Virus record (IMG/VR): IMGVR_UViG_3300036944_001243
Direction: 5' to 3' (one strand)
Source: a virus
Taxonomy: Duplodnaviria; Heunggongvirae; Uroviricota; Caudoviricetes
Length of the DNA: 58,955 nt
Under the pieces are notes generated by a model. That model was given only the letters and a program-made list of their open reading frames with translations. It did no database searches and was not told where the DNA came from. A program made the position numbers and the translations under genes. Shown here one piece after another: positions 36,787 to 46,121 of the stretch (within the stretch, counting starts at the first letter, position 1; the number at the start of each line of letters is the position of its first letter).

Positions 36787-39700
36787 TTAACGTTGCATTT
36801 CAAAGCCTAGTGCCGCCCAATCAACATACATTGCTCTTGATACAGCATCATTAGTAGTAATACCAAAAGATGGCGTGGTTTGGTTTGCTCTATGATCTGG
36901 TGCAGCGTGAGTTACAATGTTATCATACATCGTAGTCCATGTCGGAGAGTTCCAATCAGCCGATGCTAAATAAAATTCTGATGTGGTTCTAGTAATTAGC
37001 CTCATATACATTCTATACCTTTTGCCGCTTGCAAAATTACCACCGCTAAGTGCTAAACCTGTAGCTAAATCAGTGTTGATATTAGCGTTCAAATTATTGA
37101 TATAAGTAAAAAAGAATTTTGAATTAGCAAAATCAAGAGTGCTGCTAAATGATCCACCGCCACCTAAAAAACCCATACCAACAGAAGATTGAGCGCCTGA
37201 ACCACTAACCGCAAAGCATATCTGCATACTTAATCCTACAGGGCTAGTTCTTTGTCCATTGAATGGTCCAAGCCATAAGCTGCTATTACCACTAATAGTC
37301 GCTGGAGTTGTCAGAGCTTGTATTCCCCATGAAAGTTGAGAATCTCCACCTCCAGCGGGATTCCATACACTATTTGATCCCCCCGCTGATCGATTTCCTC
37401 TCCAACCATGTGTTCCGATTGCATCGGCTGTAGTATTTGCTCCCTGTGGGAAATCTTCAAATAATTGCACATAAGGAATCAATCCATCTTTATTAACCCA
37501 TGAACTTGCAGTTCCCTGTGATAAACGCAAAGCATCTCTTGCTCCAGAGCCAAATGTATAGCCTGTTGCATTTAATGTAAGTGCATTATTGATTGTCGGA
37601 CTTGACATTGTAGCATTATCAGCAAATACATTAGCTCCTGTGCCAGTGTCATCTGTTAATGCTGCTCTTAAATTATCACTTGTCGGGTATTGTAAAAATG
37701 CAGCAACGTTAGTTCCAGGGTTATAATTTGATGCAATAATAGTTCCAGTTGCACTTATATTTCCAGCTACTGTTAGTCTTTCATTCGGTGTGGTTGTCCC
37801 AATGCCAACGTTACCAGATACGTTAATATGAAGTCGATCTTGTAAAACAAAAGATGAGTTTGCTACTTGAATAGTAAAATAACTGTTCGTGAATGAAGTT
37901 CCATAAGATGTTTTAATCTTTGAATAATCAAAGGTTGTTCCTGCTGAAGAACGCCAAACAATTTCATTAACCTGACCAGCAGCAGCAACACTTTGTTCAA
38001 ATACTAAATTTCTATTAACTCCAGCAACGGGCGCATCAATTACAACTTTACCCTGTGTTGGACTTGCAACACCGATACCAACGTTACCAGCGCTCAAGAT
38101 GGTCATTCTTGTTGAACCTCCAGCATCAAAAGTGATGTTTCGATTCACGCCAGTTCCTAATGAATCTGTTCCAATTTTTAGGGTATTACCAGACCATTGT
38201 AAAAATCCACGTTCATAGTTTGATGCATTAGTATAGGTATTGTAGATATTAAAAGTTTGTGGGTTTAAACCATTGCGCTGTTCAGCAATATTATTTGTGT
38301 TTAATTGGAAAAATACACTGCCATTTTGATTTCTAATAGTAGAAGTTTGAATCGTTCCAGCCCCAATATAGTTAGAACCTATATTAATTTCAATTGGATT
38401 AACACCATCTGAACTACGATAAAAACGCACAGTTCCATCAGTCTGATTGCAAAACATGCTATAACTTCCAATTGTGGATGCTCTACCCCAAGTAAAGTTT
38501 TGAATAGCAGAAAGATTGTCGTTGAATGTTTTTATTCCAGAAATAGTTTGGTTGCCAGTTAAATAAACAGCTTGAGATCCTAATGAAGAAATCTGAGATT
38601 GAAGCGATCCACTGATTCCAGTGGTATAAGGTATTGTGCTATAATTGGAAAGATCTATTCCTGTTATGAATCCACTTGGGTTTGATGCTGCATAAAATGC
38701 ACCAGTTTGACTCGTTGTGACGAACGAACCTGTTTCAGATTTTAAAGCATAAAAGCCAGTTTGATTGCTAAGAGTAGTTATTTTTGGATCTAAATAACCA
38801 CTCAAAGCATTGATTTGCTCAACTGATCCAATTGTCGGCAATGATGACAAATCACTCGCTCTTGTAGAAACTCCAAATTTAAATTTATCAGAGTGATCAA
38901 ATCCAATAATAGGCCCAAGATCATTAATCCCAGTCAATCCAGAACCAGTAACGAAGAATATGCCACCATCAGTTGCGCCTCCAGTCAAGTTCAAAATAAT
39001 ATATGGACTTTGAACACTGAAATTGTTTGTAGATACAATTGTTTCGCTACCAGTAATATATAAACGGTTAATATAAACATCATTGCTAAATGTTTTTGTT
39101 CCGTAAATTGTTTCATCTCCACTCAATGAGACAAATCTATTGTCGGCGGCACCAGTAGTTAAGAAGCTCCCTGTTTGGCTTTGCAAAACGTAACTGCCAG
39201 TTTGAGAAGTTAATCCATTTATTTGTGATTGCAAGCCGCCGCTTATTCCTGTTGTATAAGAAATGGTGCTATAATTTGATAAGTCAACTCCCGTTATGAA
39301 TCCAGAAGGATTAGAGCTAGGATAAAACGCGCCAGTCTGACTAACAGTAATAAAATTGCCTGTTTGAGATGACAAAACATAGCTGCCTGTTTGATTATTT
39401 AAATTAGTGATTTGAATTTGCAGCGAACCGCTCGCTCCAGTAACATAAGCTTGAGTGGCGTATGAAGATAAATCGACGCCAGTGATAAAACCGCTTGGGT
39501 TTGATGCTGCATAAAATTCACCAGTTTGACTTGTAGTAATGAAGTTTCCAGTTTGCGAAGGTCTTACCACATCACCTGTTACATATCCAGACAAGTCAAC
39601 TCCTGTGATATAACCAGACGGATTAGAACGAGGATAAAAATCTCCTGTTTCTGATGGACGAACTACGTCTCCTGTAACATACACAGATGTATCTAGGCCA

Positions 39701-40161
39701 GTGATGAAGCCAGAAGGATTGGACGCTGGATAGAACGCACCTGTTTGATCAGTAGTGACAAAATTACCAGTCTCAGATGGGCGCACAACGTTGCCTGTGA
39801 CGTATGCAGACAGATCCACGCCAGTGATGAAGCCAGAAGGATTAGAACGTGGGTAGAAAGCGCCTGTTTGGCTTGTGGTGATGAAGTTGCCAGTCTCAGA
39901 TGGGCGAACAACATCTCCAGTAACTAAATTAAAATACTGACCAGAAGAAAGGTGATAATACTGACCAGATTGCCCGCCATTCAAGCCGCCCAATAAATTG
40001 TGCAATAATTCGTCACTGCCGCCAGATTGGTGAGTTACTGAATGATTGGTAACGCCTTGATTGAGAGTGATCGGATTGATGTATACATTTTCGCCAGTGT
40101 CATTGACGTTGACATTGGTTGGACCTTCTTGAATTACATTTATGACAATTTGATCGCTCAT
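36787..40161 (-). CDS. Tail fibre/long virion fibre protein with N-terminal ~40-aa repeats
   Basis: Repeats NPSG(F/Y)ITG and VVRPS(E/Q)TG; fibre motifs GNVGIGTTTPNERLTVAGNISATG; beta-sandwich-like C-terminus. Confidence 0.75.
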   Translation of the reverse strand: MSDQIVINVIQEGPTNVNVNDTGENVYINPITLNQGVTNHSVTHQSGGSDELLHNLLGGLNGGQSGQYYHLSSGQYFNLVTGDVVRPSETGNFITTSQTGAFYPRSNPSGFITGVDLSAYVTGNVVRPSETGNFVTTDQTGAFYPASNPSGFITGLDTSVYVTGDVVRPSETGDFYPRSNPSGYITGVDLSGYVTGDVVRPSQTGNFITTSQTGEFYAASNPSGFITGVDLSSYATQAYVTGASGSLQIQITNLNNQTGSYVLSSQTGNFITVSQTGAFYPSSNPSGFITGVDLSNYSTISYTTGISGGLQSQINGLTSQTGSYVLQSQTGSFLTTGAADNRFVSLSGDETIYGTKTFSNDVYINRLYITGSETIVSTNNFSVQSPYIILNLTGGATDGGIFFVTGSGLTGINDLGPIIGFDHSDKFKFGVSTRASDLSSLPTIGSVEQINALSGYLDPKITTLSNQTGFYALKSETGSFVTTSQTGAFYAASNPSGFITGIDLSNYSTIPYTTGISGSLQSQISSLGSQAVYLTGNQTISGIKTFNDNLSAIQNFTWGRASTIGSYSMFCNQTDGTVRFYRSSDGVNPIEINIGSNYIGAGTIQTSTIRNQNGSVFFQLNTNNIAEQRNGLNPQTFNIYNTYTNASNYERGFLQWSGNTLKIGTDSLGTGVNRNITFDAGGSTRMTILSAGNVGIGVASPTQGKVVIDAPVAGVNRNLVFEQSVAAAGQVNEIVWRSSAGTTFDYSKIKTSYGTSFTNSYFTIQVANSSFVLQDRLHINVSGNVGIGTTTPNERLTVAGNISATGTIIASNYNPGTNVAAFLQYPTSDNLRAALTDDTGTGANVFADNATMSSPTINNALTLNATGYTFGSGARDALRLSQGTASSWVNKDGLIPYVQLFEDFPQGANTTADAIGTHGWRGNRSAGGSNSVWNPAGGGDSQLSWGIQALTTPATISGNSSLWLGPFNGQRTSPVGLSMQICFAVSGSGAQSSVGMGFLGGGGSFSSTLDFANSKFFFTYINNLNANINTDLATGLALSGGNFASGKRYRMYMRLITRTTSEFYLASADWNSPTWTTMYDNIVTHAAPDHRANQTTPSFGITTNDAVSRAMYVDWAALGFEMQR
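38630..39925 (-). repeat. Coding repeats in the tail fibre
   Basis: Six NPSG(F/Y)ITG units; four also carry VTG(D/N)VVRPS(E/Q)TG, in tandem at about 39480-39925 (period about 120 nt, one unit shortened). Confidence 0.85.
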
Positions 40162-40496
40162 GTATTTTGTGTGATATTTTTAGTAACGTATACGGGACCA
40201 TACAAAAGCCTGTCTGGACACTCGCCCTCTTTATCTGCAAACAAGTCCCAACTGCAAGGAGCTAAATCAATAGCATCTGTTTGAGCGCCACTTAAACTGA
40301 TTTTAGCTATACCGCTTGGAATGCTTAGAATTTCTGTTTTGAACACAGCTTGTAGCTCATCATCAAAATCTCTTCTAATTTGCCCAGTTAAATTCACTCC
40401 ACTCAAATTATAGACAGATCCATTTTTTTGGATAGTCAATGTCAGATTAAAACATGATCTTTGTTCAATACTTATGCCTGTATATGCCGCGCTCAT
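40158..40496 (-). CDS. Small virion protein (BppU-N-like Ig fold)
   Basis: FNLTLTI...YNLSGVNLTGQIRR...GIAKISLSGAQTDAI...WDLF...RLLYGPVYV is a common phage structural pattern. Start set at ATG 40496. Confidence 0.55.
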   Translation of the reverse strand: MSAAYTGISIEQRSCFNLTLTIQKNGSVYNLSGVNLTGQIRRDFDDELQAVFKTEILSIPSGIAKISLSGAQTDAIDLAPCSWDLFADKEGECPDRLLYGPVYVTKNITQNT

Positions 40497-40502
40497 CAAA
40501 CA

Positions 40503-40511
40503 ATATTACAC
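40503..40511 (-). promoter_or_regulatory. GTGTAAnAT motif
   Basis: GTGTAATAT, 6 nt to the ATG at 40496; overlaps the Val-stop of the upstream gene. Confidence 0.5.
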
Positions 40512-41144
40512 TTTTCCTTCTTCTTTGTGAGAAAATTCTGTCATATAACTATAATCAGTAAATAGCGCTTTTTTGTTTTCTACCGCATAGACATTCAAGT
40601 CGATTTTATATCCAGGATTTTTAGAGATTGGCTCATCAACCCAAGCGTTATCATGCCAAATAATTCTGTTATTTGGATAGGCGTAGAAATTTCCATTATC
40701 CATTTTGAAAACATGAGCGCATTTATGTTCTGGTGTTTCAGAAAAATTCATATCTAATATGCTTTTGTTTTCCCAAGACCAATCTAAAGTAAACATATAC
40801 TCGCCAGCTTCTTTTACATTATCTAAATTAATAAGCAATCCTCGTAATCCCTTTAATCTAGTTCTAATCTGAACATCTATATAAGGACTAAAACAATCCC
40901 AATACATAGCTCGCTCCAATGGAACTGGATCACACTCTTTCCAACAAAATGCGGTGATTGGTCTTCTTGTCCAATTGACGCCATTATTTAAAAAAGCTTC
41001 AAATAAAGGAACTCTCTTCTCAATTGACGCAACAGAATGAACATCGCAAGGAGTATATTCTCCGTGTCCTTTTTCATGATTAAATAAATATTCGTTGCGA
41101 ATTAAGCAAGTAATTGTTGGGATGTTATGATTCAAATACGCCAT
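40506..41144 (-). CDS. Conserved hypothetical phage protein
   Basis: 212-aa aromatic-rich ORF (MAYLNHNIP...HKCAH...NFYAYPNNRI) with its own promoter motif. Confidence 0.75.
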   Translation of the reverse strand: MAYLNHNIPTITCLIRNEYLFNHEKGHGEYTPCDVHSVASIEKRVPLFEAFLNNGVNWTRRPITAFCWKECDPVPLERAMYWDCFSPYIDVQIRTRLKGLRGLLINLDNVKEAGEYMFTLDWSWENKSILDMNFSETPEHKCAHVFKMDNGNFYAYPNNRIIWHDNAWVDEPISKNPGYKIDLNVYAVENKKALFTDYSYMTEFSHKEEGKV

Positions 41145-41149
41145 ATATA

Positions 41150-41158
41150 ATCTTACAC
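41150..41158 (-). promoter_or_regulatory. GTGTAAnAT motif
   Basis: GTGTAAGAT, 5 nt to the ATG at 41144. Confidence 0.6.
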
Positions 41159-41197
41159 TTTAAGTGGAATTTTCGTGCTGTCTATTTAAAATCAAGC

Positions 41198-41683
41198 ATG
41201 ATTCAACTCTATAAACCGAATTCTAAAAACACTGGCTGCGCGTTTTCTTTTAACGTTGGCAGAACTGGAAAAGACAAAGAACCTTGCGTTTACATTAACG
41301 CTATTATGCAACATTCTTGGAATGAAAAAACCAAGAACGGCTCTTTTGCCGAAAATGCTAAAAATCCCGAAAAGACAATTATTGTCAAACTAAACGAATT
41401 TGAGCTTGGTGGCTTTATCTATGCTATTGAGAACTATCTTGAGTATAGCGCATTCCATACCTACGAAGATAACAAGACTACTATTTCATTCAAGCCTTAT
41501 ACCAAACAAAATGGCACCAAAGCTTTTTCTTTGACCGTCACTAAGAACTCTGCCGCAAAGTTCGGCATTGGAATGGAAATGGGAGAGGCTTATGCTCTAA
41601 GAGAATTTTTCAAAGGTATGCTCGCAAAAACTTTTGATTTTAGAGCAGCTAACAGTTATAATGCTGCAAAGCCTAATGAATAA
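41198..41683 (+). CDS. Putative Whirly-fold ssDNA-binding protein
   Basis: IIVKLNEFELGGFI...SAFH...TISFKP...AFSLTV...IGMEMGEAYALR resembles the Whirly repeat pattern. Start set at ATG 41198. Confidence 0.45.
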   Translation: MIQLYKPNSKNTGCAFSFNVGRTGKDKEPCVYINAIMQHSWNEKTKNGSFAENAKNPEKTIIVKLNEFELGGFIYAIENYLEYSAFHTYEDNKTTISFKPYTKQNGTKAFSLTVTKNSAAKFGIGMEMGEAYALREFFKGMLAKTFDFRAANSYNAAKPNE

Positions 41684-43559
41684 AAAAACGATACTCATAC
41701 ATAGTAATTTCTGCAAAGCTTTTACTGGTTTTGGAAAACACAAGAAAAATATCCTGCGTTATCTTTTTAGCACTGGTAAATATAATATTGTGGAATTGGC
41801 AAATGGTCGCCACTGGCAAGATCCCGAAATGGATAGAATGCCGTGGAAATGCGTAGGATCGCTTCCAGATGCCAACACTTTTATGCAAATAAAAGATCCA
41901 AACCAACAAAGAGCCGCTGGCTATGGAGCAATGGCAATCGACAGAGCAATCAAAGAATTCAAGCCTGATGTTTATATTGGTATTGAAGACATTTGGGCGT
42001 TCGACGGCTTTTACCAAAAGCCTTGGTGGGATAAGATCAACACAATGATTTGGACTACCCTCGACAGTTTGCCAATCTTGCAATCAGCTATTGATGCTGC
42101 TCCAAAAATCAAAAATTACTATGTATGGGCTTCTTTTGCCGAGAAGGCAATGAACAAAATTGGATACGATCATGTGAAGACTCTTCGCGGTAGTCTTGAT
42201 GCAAATCAATTTTACAGATTCGATGATCAACAAAGAGAATCTCTAAGACAAAAATTCGGCCTATCAAATGAGTATATCATTGGTTTCGTTTTCCGTAATC
42301 AACTTAGAAAAAGCGTTCCTAATTTATTAGACGGTTTTAAACTTTTCAAACAACAAGTTCCACAGGCAAAACTATTGCTTCATACTCATTGGTCTGAGGG
42401 TTGGGACATTCCTAGACTTATTGAAGAAAAGGGAATCAATCCAAATGACATTCTAACCACTTATTTCTGCTCAAAATGTAAACAGTATGAAATAAAATCC
42501 TTTTCTGGCCAAGAACTTAATTGCCGATTCTGCGGATCGCAAAAAACAGTAAACACAACAAATATCAATCAAGGAGTTAATGAAGAACAACTTAATCAAA
42601 TTTACAATCTTATGGATGTGTATTGCCACCCTTTCACTAGCGGAGGTCAAGAAATTCCAATCCAAGAAGCCAAATTGGCAGAGCTTATCACACTTGTCAC
42701 TGATTATTCCTGCGGCGAAGACTACTGCAATGAAGACAGCGCTGGTTTACCGCTTCAGTGGTCTGAATATCGAGAACCAGGAACTCAATTCATAAAAGCC
42801 TCTACAAGCCCTCAGAGCATCTGCGATCAGCTTTTGAGAGTTTATGGCATGACATCGATTGAAAGAGCGTCATGGGGCATCAGAGCGCGAGAGTTCGTCA
42901 AGCAGACCTGCTCAATCGAAGCGATTGGCAAACAGCTTGAGGAAATCATCGATGCGATGCCAGAAGTCGATTATGACTTCGAAATGAAGCCAAAAGAATT
43001 CAATCCAAAATATCAAGCAGACATGGCGCTGCCAAATGAAGCATTTATTATTGACCTTCATAAAAACATGGTAAATGAAAATGTGGATCGCAATCACACA
43101 TCAACAAAATATTGGATGGGAGAAATGGCCAAGGGTCTTACCAAGCAAGCTCTATACGAACATTTCGTAAAAATCGCCTCACAAGTTCAACAAGCTCCAA
43201 TTGAATTTGAAGACGTTTTAGACAAAGACGATAAGGGTCGAAGAATTGCGGTAGTGATTCCTGAATCAGCTACAGATGTTTTAATGATCAATGCGTTGGT
43301 GAAAAATTTGAAAAGACAATACCCCAACCATAATGTATACATCATCACCAAACCTCAGTATTTTGAATTGATTGAAGATAATATTTTTGTTCATAAATGC
43401 ATTCCTTACTCTGAATCGATTGACAATACCGCCATTCTTGAGGGTGTTGCTGATCATGAAGGCTATTTTGATTTAGCATTTTTCCCAACAGTCACTACCC
43501 AAAAACACGTTACCTATATCCATAACGGAAAAGACAAAACTCAATTCACTTTACAATGA
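41676..43559 (+). CDS. GT4-like glycosyltransferase with a Zn-ribbon insert and a C-terminal GT9-like N-domain
   Basis: TGFGKH, IGFVFRNQLRK, CSKC...CRFC, YNLMDVYCHPFTSGGQEIPIQEAKL; C-terminal IAVVIPESATDVLMINALVKNLKRQYP. Start set at ATG 41676. Confidence 0.8.
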   Translation: MNKKTILIHSNFCKAFTGFGKHKKNILRYLFSTGKYNIVELANGRHWQDPEMDRMPWKCVGSLPDANTFMQIKDPNQQRAAGYGAMAIDRAIKEFKPDVYIGIEDIWAFDGFYQKPWWDKINTMIWTTLDSLPILQSAIDAAPKIKNYYVWASFAEKAMNKIGYDHVKTLRGSLDANQFYRFDDQQRESLRQKFGLSNEYIIGFVFRNQLRKSVPNLLDGFKLFKQQVPQAKLLLHTHWSEGWDIPRLIEEKGINPNDILTTYFCSKCKQYEIKSFSGQELNCRFCGSQKTVNTTNINQGVNEEQLNQIYNLMDVYCHPFTSGGQEIPIQEAKLAELITLVTDYSCGEDYCNEDSAGLPLQWSEYREPGTQFIKASTSPQSICDQLLRVYGMTSIERASWGIRAREFVKQTCSIEAIGKQLEEIIDAMPEVDYDFEMKPKEFNPKYQADMALPNEAFIIDLHKNMVNENVDRNHTSTKYWMGEMAKGLTKQALYEHFVKIASQVQQAPIEFEDVLDKDDKGRRIAVVIPESATDVLMINALVKNLKRQYPNHNVYIITKPQYFELIEDNIFVHKCIPYSESIDNTAILEGVADHEGYFDLAFFPTVTTQKHVTYIHNGKDKTQFTLQ

Positions 43560-44722
43560 GCCATTTAATTGAAGAATATGCAAAAAACCTTGGAGTAAAA
43601 ATCTCCAAACCGATAGTATCGAGGCACTTTTGGCCATTGGTATTTGATGAATACATTACAATTTCTTTAGAAGATCAAGCTGCTTCTAAAAATTATAAAT
43701 ATTATGAGATTGTAATAGATATGATTAAAAACTTTTTAAATGCAAAAGGCATCAAGGTGATTCAAGTTGGATCGCCAAAAAGCCCGATGTTGAATAATGT
43801 AGACGCTAGAATGCTGGGGTTGAGCTTCAAAAATACAGCCTACATCATTTCTAAAGCAAAACTGCATATTGGCGTTGACAATGTTTTTTCTCATTATGCC
43901 AGTTCGATAAACGTTCCGTTGGTTACTCTTTTCGGAAACGTTTACTCTAATATTTCTCGCGGCTATTGGAGCAAGAATCAAACTAATATTGAAGCTCCTT
44001 GGAAAGTAAAGCCTAGCTTAAATTCTTTAGATGCGAATGATTCAATTAACAAAATCAATCCAGAAAAAATTGCGTCAGAAATATTAAAATCTCTCAACAT
44101 CAATGGCGCAATTCCACTGAAGACGAAATTTATCGGTAACTACTATACAAATAGAGTAGTAGAAATCGTTCCAGATTTTTTCCAACCGATTGAAGACCTT
44201 AAAAATCAAACAGTATTTCTTCGATTGGATTATGGCTATGACGGGAATTTCATTGGATACTGGTGCAACTTCTTAAACAGCTATGCGATTTTCTCTGAGA
44301 AATTATTGCCGCTGGATTTTTGTCAATCATTTGCTCAAAAAATAAAGGGCATCTCATTTATTGTTTCAAAAGATTCTGCGATTTCGGAAGAGTATCTAAG
44401 GGATCTTTCATCGCTGGGAATACCAATCACATTATTGGTTGAGAACGAAGATGACCTTCCAGAAATGAGAAATAAATTCTTTGATTACCCTGTTCAATTG
44501 TATTTCAAAACCAGCAAAAAAGACTTACCTGAAGATTGCTCTGATTTTTCTAAACTATATTTTAATTCGTCCAAAACTATTTTGGCCAATAACCAAAAAT
44601 ACCCGAGTAAATATCATTGGCAACAACAAAAAAACTTCATTGACAAAAACTTTAATTTAGAGGATAATGAAACCCTACTAGAAGAATTAAATCATTTTTA
44701 TGTCTACGAACGAACAAAGTAA
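43556..44722 (+). CDS. GT9 (heptosyltransferase-like) C-domain protein with an extra C-terminal domain
   Basis: KNYKYYEIVID, VIQVGSP, TAYIISKAKLHIGVDNVFSHYASSINVPLVTLFG. Confidence 0.7.
   Translation: MSHLIEEYAKNLGVKISKPIVSRHFWPLVFDEYITISLEDQAASKNYKYYEIVIDMIKNFLNAKGIKVIQVGSPKSPMLNNVDARMLGLSFKNTAYIISKAKLHIGVDNVFSHYASSINVPLVTLFGNVYSNISRGYWSKNQTNIEAPWKVKPSLNSLDANDSINKINPEKIASEILKSLNINGAIPLKTKFIGNYYTNRVVEIVPDFFQPIEDLKNQTVFLRLDYGYDGNFIGYWCNFLNSYAIFSEKLLPLDFCQSFAQKIKGISFIVSKDSAISEEYLRDLSSLGIPITLLVENEDDLPEMRNKFFDYPVQLYFKTSKKDLPEDCSDFSKLYFNSSKTILANNQKYPSKYHWQQQKNFIDKNFNLEDNETLLEELNHFYVYERTK
44640..44668 (+). promoter_or_regulatory. Possible sigma70 promoter for ORF 44700
   Basis: TTGACA-17-GATAAT. 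Confidence 0.4.
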
Positions 44723-45527
44723 CGAAGCATTGGTTGCGCATCCGCAAAATCCAATGGATAAATACGATAGAAACTCATACGGATTAATCACATCTACAGA
44801 TTACGTTTTCAACGAAGATGGCTCTATTAATTGGCGGGCCATGATCAAGCCAGAATTCCTTTACCCAAATAAGGACTGGTTTGATATTCGTAAGAAGCCT
44901 GTGCCAGAATCAACTGAAGGCTTAGATGACAAGCAACTATTGATTATGCTTGCAGGAATCAAAGAACTGGCAAAGCTACGCGGCTTTAGAAAGGTTTCCT
45001 ATAATGTCTCACATGTTGGCGCAAATTATGTTTTTGCTACATGCAAGATCCAATGGATCGGTAATTACGAAACCAATTACGACCTTGTTGAATTTGAAGA
45101 TGTCGCGAATGCCACTGCTGATAATACAGATGACTTTTGCCTCAAGTTCTTGGAGACTATCGCTTGCAACAGAGCGTTTGTCCGTTGCGTAAGAAACTTT
45201 TTAAATATTCATATTGTGGGAGCCGACGAAATCGATAAATCAAAAAATAGAGTGGCAGATATTGGAGATCTCATTGTCTCTAATGCTCTACCAATTAGTG
45301 CGCAGGGAACTCTTGAGAAGGCAGTCAATGAGAAGCTGAAGCTTCAGTCTTTCGAAGAGTTTAAGACATTCTTGAGAACCCTCTGGAAGAAGGCTAACGA
45401 AGAACAAGATAAGCCTATTCTTGAGCTTTTGGAAGAAGCTAAAAATTGGAAAGAGTTCAAGGATATTTCTGCAAAGACCGCTCGCGTTTTGCTTAAAATA
45501 ATCAATGAGCATCAAAAGAATAACTAA
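44700..45527 (+). CDS. Conserved hypothetical protein, possibly a Rad52/Sak-like single-strand annealing protein
   Basis: GIKELAKLRGF...VFATCKI...EDVANA...ETIACNRAFVRCVRNFLNI...DEI pattern. Confidence 0.4.
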   Translation: MSTNEQSNEALVAHPQNPMDKYDRNSYGLITSTDYVFNEDGSINWRAMIKPEFLYPNKDWFDIRKKPVPESTEGLDDKQLLIMLAGIKELAKLRGFRKVSYNVSHVGANYVFATCKIQWIGNYETNYDLVEFEDVANATADNTDDFCLKFLETIACNRAFVRCVRNFLNIHIVGADEIDKSKNRVADIGDLIVSNALPISAQGTLEKAVNEKLKLQSFEEFKTFLRTLWKKANEEQDKPILELLEEAKNWKEFKDISAKTARVLLKIINEHQKNN

Positions 45528-45963
45528 TCCAGCAGAATTTAATAGGCTGATTGATGGTTTAGATCGTCTTTTCGAATACGAAAATCAAAATCAGGGACAT
45601 CAATTATTGCGGCACAACGCCGAAACAATAAAAGCGTCATTCAGCCATCCTTCTGTATTAGCTTGGGACTTGTTTGTTTGGGCTAATGAGGAGGGTGGCG
45701 AGTTTGATTCTTGCATCATGTTTTTTAATGATAAGAATGCAAAGTTTGGCGAGTTGATATTTTCAGAATATCTTTGGTTATCTAAAAACCCAAAAACAGG
45801 ATATTCATTATTCAGAACTGCGGTAAAATTCGCAAAGCAGAATAACTTTAAATATATCAGCATGTCCACCGTCACTTCTCATCCAAAGCATGAAAAAGTA
45901 AAATCTTTTTACCAGAAAATCGGTCTATTAGAAGATACAATCACATACGTAGGAAAATTATGA
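45505..45963 (+). CDS. GNAT-fold acetyltransferase-like protein
   Basis: GYSLFRTAVKFAKQNNFKYISM...VKSFYQKIG (GNAT motifs A and B). Confidence 0.65.
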   Translation: MSIKRITNPAEFNRLIDGLDRLFEYENQNQGHQLLRHNAETIKASFSHPSVLAWDLFVWANEEGGEFDSCIMFFNDKNAKFGELIFSEYLWLSKNPKTGYSLFRTAVKFAKQNNFKYISMSTVTSHPKHEKVKSFYQKIGLLEDTITYVGKL

Positions 45964-46121
45964 ATAACAAAACAGCAAAAAAAATCAGAAGAATTCTTCC
46001 GCCGACAGACGCGATCAGTCGCCGCAATTATCGAAGAGCAAAAAAGGTTTACACAAGGCTTTCGAAAGACGCAAAGCCTGTGTTCTTGGAGCATCTTTCT
46101 AAATTGATGCAATCAGATTGA
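45960..46121 (+). CDS. 53-aa basic hypothetical protein (absent from the ORF track)
   Basis: ATGA-coupled to the GNAT gene: MNNKTAKKIRRILPPTDAISRRNYRRAKKVYTRLSKDAKPVFLEHLSKLMQSD. Confidence 0.6.
   Translation: MNNKTAKKIRRILPPTDAISRRNYRRAKKVYTRLSKDAKPVFLEHLSKLMQSD

Noticed and set aside
38630-39925. Tail-fibre repeats as a DGR template/variable repeat pair or a shufflon
   Set aside because: No reverse transcriptase or invertase in the window; differences between copies are synonymous at all bases rather than adenine-specific, and the repeats are N-terminal and in frame.
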